A stretch of 64,000 bases of DNA from the human T2T-CHM13v2.0 reference genome, Homo sapiens, in NCBI RefSeq assembly GCF_009914755.1, contig NC_060933.1, one strand, 5' to 3'. The position numbers and the translations under genes were made by a program. This document shows positions 14,935 to 31,444 of the stretch, piece after piece (the stretch's first letter is position 1; every line of letters begins with the position of its first letter). Below the pieces are notes generated by a model, which was not told where the DNA came from, searched no databases, and worked only from the letters and a program-made list of their open reading frames with translations.

Positions 14935-16990
14935 TTTGAAATCTCAAATTAGTTTCTTTGTAAAAAAAAAAAAAAAAAAAAATTCATAGTAGTATTTGGG
15001 TTATTTTGACAATTAAGTGATAAAAATTATATGAAATGTCAAATACATACTAATACTTCACATGTTATAAATTGCCCTTCCCTTTGTGAGCTAAAATAAT
15101 ATGTCTTTCCTCATGGTGTATTAATTGAGGGTTAGAGTATATCTATAAATTGATAGTTGGCATGTCCATTAAACTTTGTGTAATATCAATGGTCTTAACT
15201 GATCTCTTTAGAAAAGCTGGAGATTACAAGATTGTTTCTTCTAGGGAGTATTTAGGATACAGATGTTACACGGTTTTGCTGAAAAAAAAATTAGTACTTT
15301 AAATATTAGGCCTTCAAGTAGCTAAGTTAATAAAGCAAAGCAAAACAAGGTTAGATGTTTTTCTAGAAAGTTAGAGTTTGACTTCTGGCTTGAATTAAAA
15401 AGTCACAAACTTTGCTTAGGCCTATTGCAACACTAAAGCAGCCCCAGAGCATTGAATCATAGACTGGTTGTTTCTTACAGGGGCTGGGAGAGAGGGATTT
15501 GAGGTGGCAGGATTCCAGCTAGTTTAAAGCCTGCTGCAAATACAAACTTCATCTTCTAGTAACAATTCTGTTCTAGGCATTAATGGTCTGCAATCTCCTT
15601 TGAGATCCTCTGATTAAGTTAGGAACTCAAGTTCTTTATCTTGGTTACCTCCAGAAAATAATAAAGACTGTTACCCAGAAGATTTTAAGTGTAGGGATAT
15701 AAATGCTCTAGATCCAATACAAAAACTAGTGAGTTCCTGTGGATAATTGGAAAGGACACACCGGCACAATTCAGCCACATTGTGCAATCTCTAGACAAAA
15801 TTGCTGTACTATTTCAATTGTTTCAACATTTTTTACTCTGAGTTAGTCTTCCTAACATAAGTATAGACAACTGCTTCAGCATTTTTCACTTTTGTTTACA
15901 TTTTACTTTTATATATATTTATTTAGAAATGTAGATATTCAGAAAAGTAGAAAAAAGTTATCTAAAATAACCATTCACATTTTGGATATTTCTTTCCAGT
16001 CTTTATTTTCTGTCTGGGTTACCTTGGTTTGTTTAGGTTTTGGTTTTGCACACAATGTTATAATATAAACTTTTGTTTCTGTTTTAACTTAATTATCTTA
16101 AGATAATTTAAACATGACTTTTATGTTCATACAAACTCCTCACAAACATCATATTAATAGGTGCGTAAAGGCCCATTACATGAGTGTACTATGATTATTC
16201 AACAATTCCACTAACATTAGACAAAAATAAAAACTATTTTAAAAGATAATATCCAATAATAGCAAAGATCTGGAAAGAATAAAATTATTTGATACTAGAA
16301 GTCCCATGGAAAGTGATTTATTAGAAACTATTCAGCATCTTAACAATCTTCATTCCCTGTTCCCAAGAAGATTCTGGGAATCCATGTTAGGAAATTAAAC
16401 CTAAGGGCAGAAAAACTGTAGGCACAACGCCTACAGGGTGTTTGTTGCTCTCTTCTTAAATTACACCAGCATTGCAAGAGTAATTCAAATAATTTATTCT
16501 ATATTTTAATCTGAATAAACTTTAATTTATTATAAAGCGTCCATTATCCCTTTTTTCCCATTTGAAAGCATCGAAGCAGACTGGTGATTTCTCTTATAAG
16601 TATTTGCAAGTGAAATTATGATTGCAGCAACCATCTTAGGGCTGTTAGGATACTATTTATACCATAATTATTTTCCAAAATTAATTTCCAAATAGGAATC
16701 AATGTTTAGATGTTTCAACAAAAGAAAAGAGAGGGCAGTGTACCTGATTCATATCTTGCCTGAAAAAACTTCAATGCAGAGAGGCCTCTATGAAAATTTC
16801 ATTGACAGATTCAGAGTAGGTTAATATATGCAGCTATAGTCATTCAAATTCCTATCTTACTACCAAAAAAAGTGTATGCTGGCCTACCTAACACTTTCTA
16901 CCTTCTTTGTAATTTATGCCTAGAAAGTGGGATGCAGCTTGAACTAGTTGAAAGCCCTCATTTCCATAGCCAATAGACATATAAGCATCC

Positions 16991-17287
16991 AGCCAGGCGT
17001 AGTGGTTCACGCCTGTAATCCCAGCACTTTGGGAGGCCAAGGGGAGCAAATCACTTGAGGTCAGAAGTTTGAGACCAGGCTGGCCAACATGGTGAAACCC
17101 CATCTCTACTAAAAATACAAAAATTAGCCAGGCATGATGGCAGGCACCTATAAACTGGCTGCTTAGGAGGCTAAGGCAGGAGAATTGCTTCAACTCAGGA
17201 GGCAGAAGTTGCAGTGAGCCAAATCACGCCACTGCACTCCAGACTGGGTGGCAGAGTGAGACTCCGTCTCAAAAAAAAGGAAAAGAA
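16991..17287 (+). mobile_element. Alu (AluSx-like)
   Basis: Full Alu; TSD-like ataagcatcc / acaagcatcc. Confidence 0.95.
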
Positions 17288-17929
17288 ATACAAGCATCCT
17301 TTTACGCTGACTATGTTGCCTGACCATTGTAAACTGGAGTTTTCATAGAAAGCAGCACAACTTGTGGGCAAATGACTAGCACAGAAATGGCAAATCCTGT
17401 ACCAGAAACAAAGCCATTTGTTTAAAATATTAAGTCAAAATTCATTCATTGTATCAATTTTTTTCTGCTAGGGATATATTTTAAAGCTAGATAGAATACC
17501 ATGAGGATGTTGAGATGTTTTCAAAATGATATTCTGTGATTTATTTGCTGTAAAGAAGAAGGTAATCTGCTAATACCTACGCTTTAAGTTTTTTCAGATT
17601 AAAGTCATTTGTTCCATGTTCTTTGGTGCACTACTCAGGTGCCTGAACTGGACTAATATTCCTTCTTTAGAAAAATACCAGCCCTAACTGCAAATTCATC
17701 AAGTAGAAGAGGAATGAATTTCATATGGACAGAGGTAAAAGGCAGGTTCTTCTCTGTGCAATTTGGTTGCTTGCATATATAACCAGAATTGATTGCAATA
17801 AACTACACAGAGGTATCTTCATGTTTCAGCAGTGTTCAGTTTAGCATTGTCTATTGTCCAATTGCTATTTTACACAAAATTGAAGTAGCAAAGCACTCCA
17901 GTGATATTGGAGTCAGATGGTCTGAAAGG

Positions 17930-18650
17930 CCTTGCTACTCAGGTATGTTCTGTAGACAAGCAATATCAGCATCACCTGGGAACATGTTAATAAATGCAGG
18001 ACTCAGAACCACCACAGATTTATTGAATCAGAATGTTTTACAAAATTCCCCACATGATTTGTATGAAGACCAAAGTTTGAAAGCACTCCACAAGATAGCT
18101 GGGTCTCTTCCTCAGTTGTAAATTAAAATCATGTGAAGAGTATTATAAAAAAAGAAAAGATGCCTGATTCCCACCCCTTCGATTGAACTTACATCATTTT
18201 GGGAGGGTTATAAGGTATAGTTTTAAAAAAAGGGATTTAAAAACAAAAAAATGAAGCTTTGCATAACAACTCCCTCCCTTACTATAATTGTATATAAGTT
18301 TCTCAATAGTCTTCATTTTCTTCAGAGAATTATAATAAAATGAATAATATAAGAACATATTTGTAAACTATAAGAAACTAAGCCAATGGCATTGTTATTT
18401 GCATGGTATAAAATCAAATTACAAATCTTTTTCAAACAGATTAAAGCATGCTCTCTTCAAAATATTGATTTTCAAAGTGGGATCTGTGGATCAACTGCAT
18501 GAGAAGTAACAGATGCTTGCTAAAAATGCAAATGAGTCCTCCCTGCCTCATACCTCTTGCATCACAATCTCAAGAAATGGAATACAGAGGCCTGCAATTT
18601 TTAATAAACTACCAATATAACTAACATGTGTCTTCAATTCACTGCTTTAT
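17930..18650. mobile_element. MER5-family (hAT-Charlie) fragments with an intervening MIR-like piece
   Basis: 'cagcatcacctgggaacatgttaataaatgcaggactcag...tgaatcagaat' and 'ttttcaaagtgggatctgtggatc'; paralogous copies at ~57660-58340. Confidence 0.6.
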
Positions 18651-18801
18651 GAGCTAGAAAAGGAATCCCAGAAGCTAACCTCAAAGCTGTTACCACCACT
18701 CTAGCTAGCGGAGATACACTTGCCCCTCCCACACCAATTATCTCTCACTTCATATGTTAATGCTGTACAGACTTGTTAAACTCCAGGTATGAAAAAATAA
18801 C

Positions 18802-19738
18802 ATGGAAAGGACCAATTGGACAGAGATAGAGTTCATTCTGCAAGGACTTTCAGGGTACCCAAGAGCTGAAAAATTCCTTTTCGTGATGTGCTTAGTGATG
18901 TACCTGGTGATTCTCCTAGGTAATGGCACCTTGATCATTCTGACACTCCTGGATGCTCGTCTCCACACACCCATGTACTTCTTCCTTGGGAATCTTTCCT
19001 TCCTAGACATTTGGTACACATCCTCCTCCATCCCCTCAATGCTGATACACTTCCTATCAGAGAAGAAAACCATCTCCTTCACTAGATGTGTGATTCAAAT
19101 GTCTGTCTCTTACACTATGGGATCCACCGAGTGTGTGCTTCTAGCAGTGATGGCATATGACCGTTATGTAGCCATCTGCAACCCTCTGAGATATCCCATC
19201 ATCATGGGCAAGGCACTTTGTATTCAGATGGTGGCTGTCTCTTGGGGACTAGGCTTTCTCAACTCATTGACAGAAACTGTTCTTGCAATACGGTTACCCT
19301 TCTGTGGAAAAAAATGTCATTAATCATTTTGTTTGTGAAATATTGGCCTTTGTCAAGCTGGCTTGCACAGATACTTCCTTGAATGAGATTATTATAATGT
19401 TGGGCAATGTAATATTTTTGTTTTCTCCATTACTGCTGATTTGTATCTCCTACATCTTTATCCTTTCTACTGTACTAAGAATCAATTCAGCTGAAGGAAG
19501 GAAAAAGGCCTTTTCCACCTGCTCAGCCCACATGACAGTGGTGATTGTGTTTTATGGGACAATCCTCTTCATGTACATGAAGGCAAAGTCCAAAGACTCT
19601 GCTTTTGACAAACTGATTGCCCTGTTCTATGGCATAGTCACCCCCATGCTCAATCCTATCATCTATAGCCTGAGGAATACAGAGGTGCATGGAGCTATGA
19701 GGAAATTAATGAGTAGACCCTGGTTCTGGAGGAAATGA
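18802..19738 (+). pseudogene. OR13D2P: Olfactory receptor family 13 pseudogene with a single +1 frameshift (symbol tentative)
   Basis: Two overlapping ORFs (18802-19323, 19283-19738) together carry [25 protein letters not shown] and [13 protein letters not shown]7 run at 19308-19314 where GGA AAA AAT needs A6. Symbol recalled from cluster order, not verified. Confidence 0.9.
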
Positions 19739-21639
19739 TGACACACTGACACCTTTGAGTTTATGCACAAAATACGCTCACAAGTTTGAGACAACACTTT
19801 TAAAGATAGACAGAAGAAAAGCAATTAAGGTCATGTTGAGTCAGAATTTCAGAGTTAGAAAAAATTTGAAGATTAAGAGTTTAACGATATTGCTTTATGA
19901 AAATGACTGATTTCATTAAAATGTAGAAACAAGTGGTCTGTGAGAGCAAACTTTTGGAAACAAGAAAAATATTTTAAGTAAGTCTTTCTAAGAAAATCCA
20001 GCTCATTAATTTTAACAATTAAAACACATTTTTCAGCCTCTTTTAAAAAAAACTATTTTGTATTTTTGTTCTTTTATTCTTGCTTTTTATTTTATCCAGG
20101 GACTGGATCTGGTCCCATCTTTCCCTTCCAGCTACATATTTCAACCTCTTTCCCTGTCCTTTCCCTCCCCCTACCTCTTTGCATAAGCTGTGTTCTATTT
20201 ACTATGTAATTACCAAATTATATCATTTTCTTTCACACCTAATGACAATAGCACATGCTATTCCATCTGCATTTTCACATTTCTCCTTCTCAGGTGAAAT
20301 CCTAACAATCTCATAAAGGACAGGTCAAGTGTCATATTCTCTGCAACACAGTCCAAAGCTTTCCCAGAGTTAGCTATTCCCTCCTCCGTGCTGCCCTGGA
20401 GTTTATCTGTACTAAGCGATTTTTCTTTTATACTCTAATCATTTATTACCTTCCGAAATTCTTCCCAATAGCAGAACTATGGCTCACTATCCTCCGCATA
20501 AAATCTAATGTCAAGTTAATTAAAAACAGTTGGCAATAATTAACTGTTGAATTAAAAATTTTAAAGGATGGTAAAATACGGTCTAAGTACCTGATTTAAT
20601 ACAGGGAGATAACTGAAATTTATACATTATTCCCTTTACCAAACTACAATTCTAAAAGATTTTGGTAAAATAACAGCTGATTTTTAAACATGGAGAAAAA
20701 TAAGGGAAGATAAAGTCTGAATAGAATATACTGAAGAGATCATTTTGGCTAGGTAAGACCAAAAATCCTACTGCTTATTATTATCAAATAAGCAATTGCT
20801 GAGGAAAATATATCAATTGTATAAATTCTTATGGAACACTGACAATTTCAATTTCTTTCAAAAGCAATAGTCTCATTTAAAATATTTTCATTACAGTCTC
20901 ATTTAAAATATTTTCCTTTCATTAGAAAAAACCTTGGACTGGCTAGTGAATAATATATAGTTGTATTTTTTAGAAAATATATATTTGCATAATATATAGT
21001 TGAGCTGCCTGGTACACTATCATAGCCTGAGCTGGGTGAGGAACTCAGCTCAGGCTATGAGCTGAGGCTATGAACTTACTTGTTCAGTAAAACCAGTAAA
21101 GATTTTTATAACCCAATGGCATTGAGAAAGGCATCCTTACTTGCTCTGCCCAGTATGATGTTTTGGAGCCTGTCCAGAATAAGGAAGATGTCAACGTGGA
21201 AGAGAGGCTCAGTTCAGGGTGTCAAAGTCCAAGCAGCATGAAAGGAGCATACACACAAGAGGAAGGTGTGGATCCTAGCACCTGGTTGAGGACCACTCAT
21301 GCAAAGAAAAGCTGAGTGATAGAAGATATTAGAACACAAGTGGGATAAGGAAAACACCTGCACACCATAGGCATGTGGTCTGGAGTGAGTTGTCAGAGTC
21401 CTCATGGGGTAAGAAAAGCATCCGTGGTGGGATGGGGAGGTTCAGAATATGGGTGTCCAAGTCTGAAAGGGGTGAAGAGAGAATCCCTGAAGAAAGACCT
21501 AAATGGAGTGAAAAGAGCTCACCTGAGGAGGGGAGAAGAGTCAAGGTGTGTGAGAAACAGATTAGGGTGAAGTGGGCATTCTTGAAGGAAACAGCTTTGC
21601 CTGAAGTGTTGGAACCCAAGCCAGTTGAGAAGAATGTCA

Positions 21640-21881
21640 GCAATCACAGCTCACTGCAGCCTCAACCTTCACTGGCTTAGGTGATACTCCCACCTCAGCC
21701 TCCTGAGTAGCTGGGGCTACAGGCACATGCCACCACACTCAGCTAATTTTTGTAATTTTTTGTAGAGATGGGATTTTGCCATGTTGCCCAGGCTGGTCTC
21801 AAACTCCTGGGCTAAAGTGATCAACCTGTCTTGGCCTCCCAAAGTGCTAGGATTACAGGCATGAGCCACCATACCAAGCCA
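21640..21881 (-). mobile_element. Alu (AluJ-like), partial
   Basis: Antisense Alu lacking its tail. Confidence 0.9.
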
Positions 21882-21889
21882 GGATTTCT

Positions 21890-23560
21890 TTCAAGGTAAG
21901 ACTACTAAAGAATAATTATTTGTGTAGATGGAGGGAAGTTAGGGGGAGAGTCTGGAAATGTTTTCATTTTGTTCTCAATTTTAAAGGATTTTTCACTGAG
22001 TATACACTTGTTGGTTGGCAATTTTTTTTCAACACTTAAAAAATGCTGTTCTTTATATTTGGTATCCATTGTTTCTGCTGAGAAGTTGCCTCTGTTTTGT
22101 TGCTGCTTCTTTGAAAAAATGTGTCTTTTTTTTCTTTTCATTGCTTTTTATATTTTCTCTTTAGAGTTGGTCTCTGAAATTTTATAACAAGGCTCTTATA
22201 GGTGGCTTTTTTTTAACTCATCCTCCTTGATGTTGTAGATCTCCTTAAATCTGTGGCTTGATGTCTTTTATAAGTTTAACAATTTCATTTGACATTTGCC
22301 ATTTTTTCTTCTATTACATTTCTCTTTCTCCTCTCCCTCTGAGCAACTAGTTATATATATGTTAGACTTCCATTATATTCCACGTAGCTCTCACAGTCCT
22401 TTCTGCATTTTCCTTCCTTTGTCTTCTCCATGTGTCCAGTCTGGTTATTTTCTACCGATCTACCTTCCAGCTTGTTAAGCCCTTCTTCAACTTTGTCTAT
22501 TTTGCTATTAAATCTATGTATTTAGTTCTTAATACCAGTTATTGTGGTTTGGAGGTACATAATTTCAATTTTTTTAATATAATATTAAGTTGTCTGGTGA
22601 AGTCCTCATCTTGTTATCTATGCTCACGGCAGGTTAACATTAGTTATTTTAAAGTCTGCGTCTGATTACTTCTAAATTTAGATCACCTGATGGTCTTTCA
22701 ATTAACTGTTTTTGTCTCTTGGTCCTGTTTTCTTATTCTTTGTAATTTTTTTATTAAATGCCAGATATTGTAGATGAAAAAAATGTAGAATCTCTGGGTG
22801 ATGTTTTATTTATCCAAAGAGGATTTACTTTATTCTCTAGTAGAAACCCAGAGTAGGGGAGATTGTCTTAGGTCAAAGACGGGTTGAAATAACTTACAGT
22901 TGGATTTCAGACTTTGTAAATATAAGCCAAAATCTAATTCACCTCCTTTTCTTAGATTCTTTTCTCCAGAGTCTCCAGAGTCCCAACTGAGATTCTGGAG
23001 ATTTCATTAAAAAGCTTTTTTTTCCTTAGGTCCCAGACTCCAATTTTGATCTCATAAACACAAGAGGCAGTCACAATCTCAACTAACATTCTTAGTTATT
23101 TTTTGTACAATCCTGGCTTCTTGTTCTGACTAGGCTAGAGTCAGCAAATGCCTGATGTGGAAAACCAATGACAACGGTGGGGACCACTCATCTGCACATC
23201 CCTTCAGTTTGGGACCTTGGCCTCTCAAGAACAGGGTGTCTTAGCTGGTCCAAAGTTCATGTTTTGTCTTCCTAGACCCATGACAATGCCAAAATCTATT
23301 TTCACTTTTTCTGTCTCTTAGTAGCAGCCCTCTGCCCAGTTTCTCAGCCTATCAAGCAACAATTAAGAATCAGCAAATGTCCCAAGAGAATAAAAGAGGA
23401 GTACAGAATGTTTGGCTCATTTAAATAAACTTCTCTTTTCTTCAGAATCTTAGCTTTTCATATCCTGACTTCTACAGAAATAATAAAGTCCATTTACTTT
23501 TTATTCTACGTAGATTTCTTTACTTTTCTTAGTAGAACCATTAGCTACTCCACCATATTA
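21890..23560 (-). mobile_element. Old L1 (L1M/L1ME) antisense fragments
   Basis: T-rich; minus ORF 21905-22141 contains the L1 ORF1-like 'NFSAETM'. Confidence 0.6.
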
Positions 23561-23777
23561 CGAAGTGGATGCACAATATGGTAAACCTTTTTTTTTTTTT
23601 TTACATTTTTTTTATTTGACTCCCTGGCTGGAGTATGAGCTCTATGAGAGCAAGAATGCCTGTTCTGTTTACCACTGTATCTTGTGTGCTTAGAACAGTG
23701 CTAAGGACATGTTAGGCACCAGGAAATAAATGTTTAATTGAATTGAACATTGCATTGTAAAGATTTTTTTTAAATTT

Positions 23778-24282
23778 TGTATATTATGATGCTTTGACAT
23801 TGTAAAAAACATTCCTGGCTTGGAAGAGACTGCCCTCCATGGGCTAGTGAATTCTTAGAGATAGCAAAAAGCTCAGGTAGGAGCATGCCTCTGACATGGA
23901 AACTAACGAATCCAGAGCCATACCTTCTTTATCTGGCCCTCAAACCCCAGTTCCCAGTGACAATTGCCAGACAACCAGAGATCACTCCTTTAGCCCAAAG
24001 CCTGCAGAAATTATTCAAACCTTCCAATCCTAAACTGTTCATTGTGCCTTGACTTGCCTTTCCTGTGGAAATTCCAATAAAGGCAGTGGCCTAAACCTTC
24101 CCTGCACACCTGTTTTTTGCCTCCTGACCATCCTGGTGGCTTCCCCATGTGGCCCTGTATGATATATCATGCCCCTTATCTCTAAGACTTGTGGGTATAA
24201 TAAACTTTGCTTTCCTGACCCTCTTCTGTGTCTCCTCATGTGGCTGCACCTGACTAACGATTTCCTAAAAGACTACAAAACA
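23778..24282 (+). mobile_element. ERVL-type solo LTR (subfamily uncertain)
   Basis: TG start, 'gactgccctccatgggctagtgaattcttagagatagcaa', CCAAT, AATAAA, CA end. Confidence 0.6.
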
Positions 24283-25443
24283 ACTATGTTTTGGGGACCT
24301 GATATTGGATCTGTGGTGGAAGGAAGATTGCTTCTGGTTATTGCTCTGCATATGTTTAGCACTTTAGAGTGTACCAGTGCTGGCTGCCTTGTGCTATCCT
24401 ATTCTTCTTATAATTGATATTCGGGATCAAAAAACATTTTAACCCTGGATATAGCTGTCACAAACACAAGCAATATTTATTATCACAGTATTTAGGAGCT
24501 GAGAAAAATAAGGTAGAATGAGAAAACTTTATTTGAAAAATTTACTGTTGCCTGGCATTGGCTATGGGCCATTTAAAACTAGGTTTTGAGTTCTGTAAAA
24601 ATTAAGATTCTCTTTTCAGCAAATTGCAGAAAACATAAAATATTTTTAGCACCAAAATATTATAGCAAATGTAAAGCCAATTTCATACGAAGTGTATAAA
24701 TGAGCTCCCAGGAATCCTATAAAACATTTTTCTAATGATATTAGTAAGGCAGCACAGAAGAAATGCAAATAAGTAAAAAAACACCTGGACACTATCTGGT
24801 GTATAATAAATATAAAGGAAATTACAAATATCAAAGTAAATTGTGGAAAACATCATTATAATAGAGTCTCTTGGTAGATCTTGATGTGGCCAACGTAACT
24901 GCAGTATGAGTAGATTCTGAGACAGGATTTCTTGTGCCTGGGAGACTAAGAGATGGAGGCCCAAACCTCAGTGGAAAGCTTCACCTATTTTAGCACAGAC
25001 CAGGGTCAATTGTCCTGAATATTTTATGTTCCAACTTACATTCTGCCTGGAACCCAGTAATTGGAACTCATATCACGAAGCATTTGAAAACTTAAGGTGA
25101 AAAAATATACTTGAGGATAAAGCTTTCTTTTTTTTGAGAAGATGAAAAGGTTATCTATACTAATTGAGTCAGTGTTATTAACAATAAGCTGACATCCCTT
25201 CTAACTGGATCCAAACATTAAAAACTGAGCATACCTCTTTTTTTAATAAGTATGGATCTATTTATTAAATATTCTGCCAAAATGTAACAGCAGCTAAATA
25301 CTTTAAAAACTGTATGTTTCTGACCAACATTTTCCATGGGGTCTAGGAAAACTAGACACAAATCTACATGTCTGCAAATTTAAAGAGTATTACAGAGAGT
25401 AATGTTCTTTAGACTCATGGAGATTTCAGCATGAAAAAATATT

Positions 25444-25770
25444 ACAGTCATAAAAACAGGGGTACAGTCTGAGAAATGCATAATTGTCAAATCTTATTAT
25501 GTTGTAAACATCACAGGGTATATTTATGCAAACCTAGATGATATAGCCTATTATACACTGAGGCTACATAGCATAGCCTATTGCTCCTAGGCTACAAAGC
25601 TGTACAGCATGCTACTGTACTGAACACTATAGGCAATTGTGTCACAATGGTATTTGTGTATCTAAAATAACAAGAAAAGTCACAGTAAAAATATAAAATT
25701 ATAATCTCCTGAGACCACCATTATATGTTATCTGTCATTGATCAAAACGTTGTTAAATGGCACATGACTT
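25444..25770 (+). mobile_element. Tigger3-family DNA transposon relic
   Basis: 'aaacctagatgatatagcctattatacac...gcctattgctcctaggctacaaagctgtacagcatg'; CAGTCAT / ATGACT ends. Confidence 0.8.
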
Positions 25771-26649
25771 TAGTTCCTTGTAGCTCTAGTTTACCTTAGA
25801 TCAGCATTCATTCTGTATGCAGGGCATGGCCTCCAGAATTTCCCCAGAACCTCCAAATTTCCATGACATTGGTCTGAGCAACAAAGTGTCTTCACATAAA
25901 GAAGACACTTAATGAACTATATATGGAAACCCTGGAGACTTAATCTTTAGAACTCAAGGTAGTTCATGGCTATGATAACTCAAGATAATATTAAATAATA
26001 TATTTTCCCCCAGGTTTTCATAGATAACAGAACATCAGTTTCCCCAGGCCAGTGGAGAATGAAAACTATGGCTTTTAATGTTAGTCTTTTCAGAATCATG
26101 GCAGACAACACATCCTGACATCTTCAAACTACCCCAGTATTTAGGGACCGAGAATAACATCTCATTTTTAAAGATTTCATTTTACGTAGCTTTTAGTATA
26201 ATAGAGGCTGTCTGTAAGAGCCTGAAAAGGCTAATTGCAAAAAGTATATCAAGGATGTCTTATAAAGCAATGGCATATACAAATCCATAGAACAAAAAGA
26301 AGTATATGTGCAAATGTATAGCTATGAGGCAATTTTAAGAGAACTGTCGAATCCCTAGCAATGATGGGGAATAAGGGATTATTTGAAATTTTCTATTTGT
26401 CTATAGATATTATCCCATTACATTTTAATGTTAACAATAAGTTATAGGCCAAGGTGTACAAGCTCAAAATAGACTCATCACTATATACCCCTCATCTCAC
26501 AAAATACAAGCCAATAAACATAATTTTCTAATAAGAGAGCTAACATGTTCCAGCAAAAAATGTAGAGTTGTTTTGTTTTGAACCCTCATTCTTTTACTTG
26601 TTATTTAATGATCACATATCATTTTAGATGAGTTGGTTGCCAATCTCTC

Positions 26650-27052
26650 CAAAATAAAAAAGACAACCAAAGACGTAAAAGAACTATACACTGAAAACTA
26701 TAAAACATTGATAAAAAAATTGAAGAAGACATAAGTAAATCGAAAGATATTACATGTTCATGGATTAGAAGAATTAATATTGTGAAATGTCCATATTACC
26801 TAAAGCAATCTACAGATTCAATGCAATCTGTATCAAAATTCCAATGTCATTTTTCATAAAAATTGAAACAACAATCCTAAAATTTACATGGAACTAGAAA
26901 AGACCCTGCCTGGGCAAAGCAATCTGAAGCAAAAACAAAGCTGAGAGCACCATATGCTGCAGTTTTAAAATATGTTATAAAGTTATTGTAATCAAAAGAG
27001 CATGGTACTCAGATAAAAATAGACATATCAACCAATGGAACAGAATAGAAAC
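26650..27052 (+). mobile_element. L1 ORF2 fragment
   Basis: 'catgttcatggattagaagaattaatattgtgaaatgtccatattacctaaagcaatctacagattcaatgcaatc'. Confidence 0.85.
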
Positions 27053-27484
27053 TTATTTCCAAACACTGAAATTTATTTATTTACTTCTTTTCATTATGTA
27101 TCGCAATCAGAGAAGTGTATTTTGGAGCTTTAGAACTTCGAGAGATGAATGTGAAACAGCAACGAGAACCTATCTGTTTAACCTTGGTTTCTCTAATTGA
27201 TTTCCATATTGTGATTATAAAATTACTCTCACCTTTCTCATTTACTTGTTAAAATTTTTTCTTCTCAGTAGGTGTTTTACTGCCTCCTTCACATCCTTGT
27301 TTCTAAGACTGTAGATTAAAGGATTCATCATGGGAGTCATCACCCTGTAGAATATGAATATAAGTTTGTCAGTGGCATCCAAGTCATCTGAATTAAGTGT
27401 CTCTTGAGACTTGGGCTTCATGTACATGAGGAAGATGGTCCCACAGAATGTTATCACCACAGTCAGACGAGCTGAGCAGGTAGA

Positions 27485-30342
<2,858 letters not shown>

Positions 30343-31444
30343 TTGCACATTTCGTTGTATTTGACTATTTTACAATAAGCACATATTTCCTTTGGAATTT
30401 TAGATATATAAATAAATTAAAGGTATTTGTCATCCAAAAACAGCATAAAAAATTTCATAATTTCAAAGATAAAATTTTACTTACACACCATAAATTAGGA
30501 GCCCCTGTTTTTGTAAAGTGAGTGTTATCTTTACTAAAAAAAAAAAATCTATTTTTTATAGTCTTTTCTGGAAGATTAGAGCTAATATCAAATTCCTCCC
30601 CTTCTCATATCTCAATTAATGTCAGGTATTCCCCTAATTTAAGATTTAATTCCTATCAATTGTGATTAAGCATCATTTTTGGACACAACATGTGATGGTG
30701 TCAAGGTTCTTTTATAAATAATTAAATTAATTTTCTTTTTTAAGTTATTTTCCGGAAATTTTATATACTTGCTATGAAAGTTGAGAAGCAGGTAATAGTT
30801 TCTTTGGTCATTATAGATATGCTGCCAAGAAATACTGGTGTTAGATGTCATGACAAGCAATGTGGAAAAGTAAACATGCTGTAGTATAAAGAATAACTAA
30901 CTCAAGAAAGAATAGCCAGGTGTGTATGCTTGTCTTTAACTTGCATACTTTGAGGTTTGGACAAGATGTATTAACTTCCATAAGCTTTGTGGCCTCATCT
31001 ATGAGATAGCGACACTATAGCCCAGATCACAGGATTTTAGAGAGATGATGTATGTGAATTAGCTGATAGCCAATATATTGCTACATTTTTAAGTGTTCAT
31101 TTTAGAAGTCCCCAGGACCCTAAAAAGTTGACATAATCTCAAGCTTAGAATATTTGGAAATTGGTCAGGCATAAAAGTGTACGAAGATGATGAAATAATT
31201 TATTGGATTAAGAGCAATGTAATTTTGCCTTTTTTGCTGTATCTCTGCTCTTAACCAAATCATGAACCTGTCTTGGGACTTCAGCGGGATATAAAAGTAT
31301 GTGCTTCGCTCCAGTTGCACCTCCTTCCATATAATTTTCCTATTCATGGATATAAATGTATATTGAATCATATTATAAATGTCATGCTCTAAATTGAGTG
31401 CAATGGGAGTAAAGATGGTAAGAATATAGAGAAATACTTACCTT

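Larger units (their letters stand above)
15700..20950 (+). repeat. Ancient duplication unit around pseudogene 1, paralogous to ~55500-61650
   Basis: Collinear diverged blocks, e.g. 15981 vs 56091, 17468 vs 57217, 18641 vs 58347, 20725 vs 61441. Confidence 0.85.

Noticed and set aside
19305-19320. Programmed ribosomal frameshift rescuing the pseudogene
   Set aside because: Rescue needs a +1 shift; no stimulatory structure is evident and a simple homopolymer insertion explains it.
20869-20915. 21 bp direct repeat agtctcatttaaaatattttc
   Set aside because: Ordinary micro-duplication with no functional cue.
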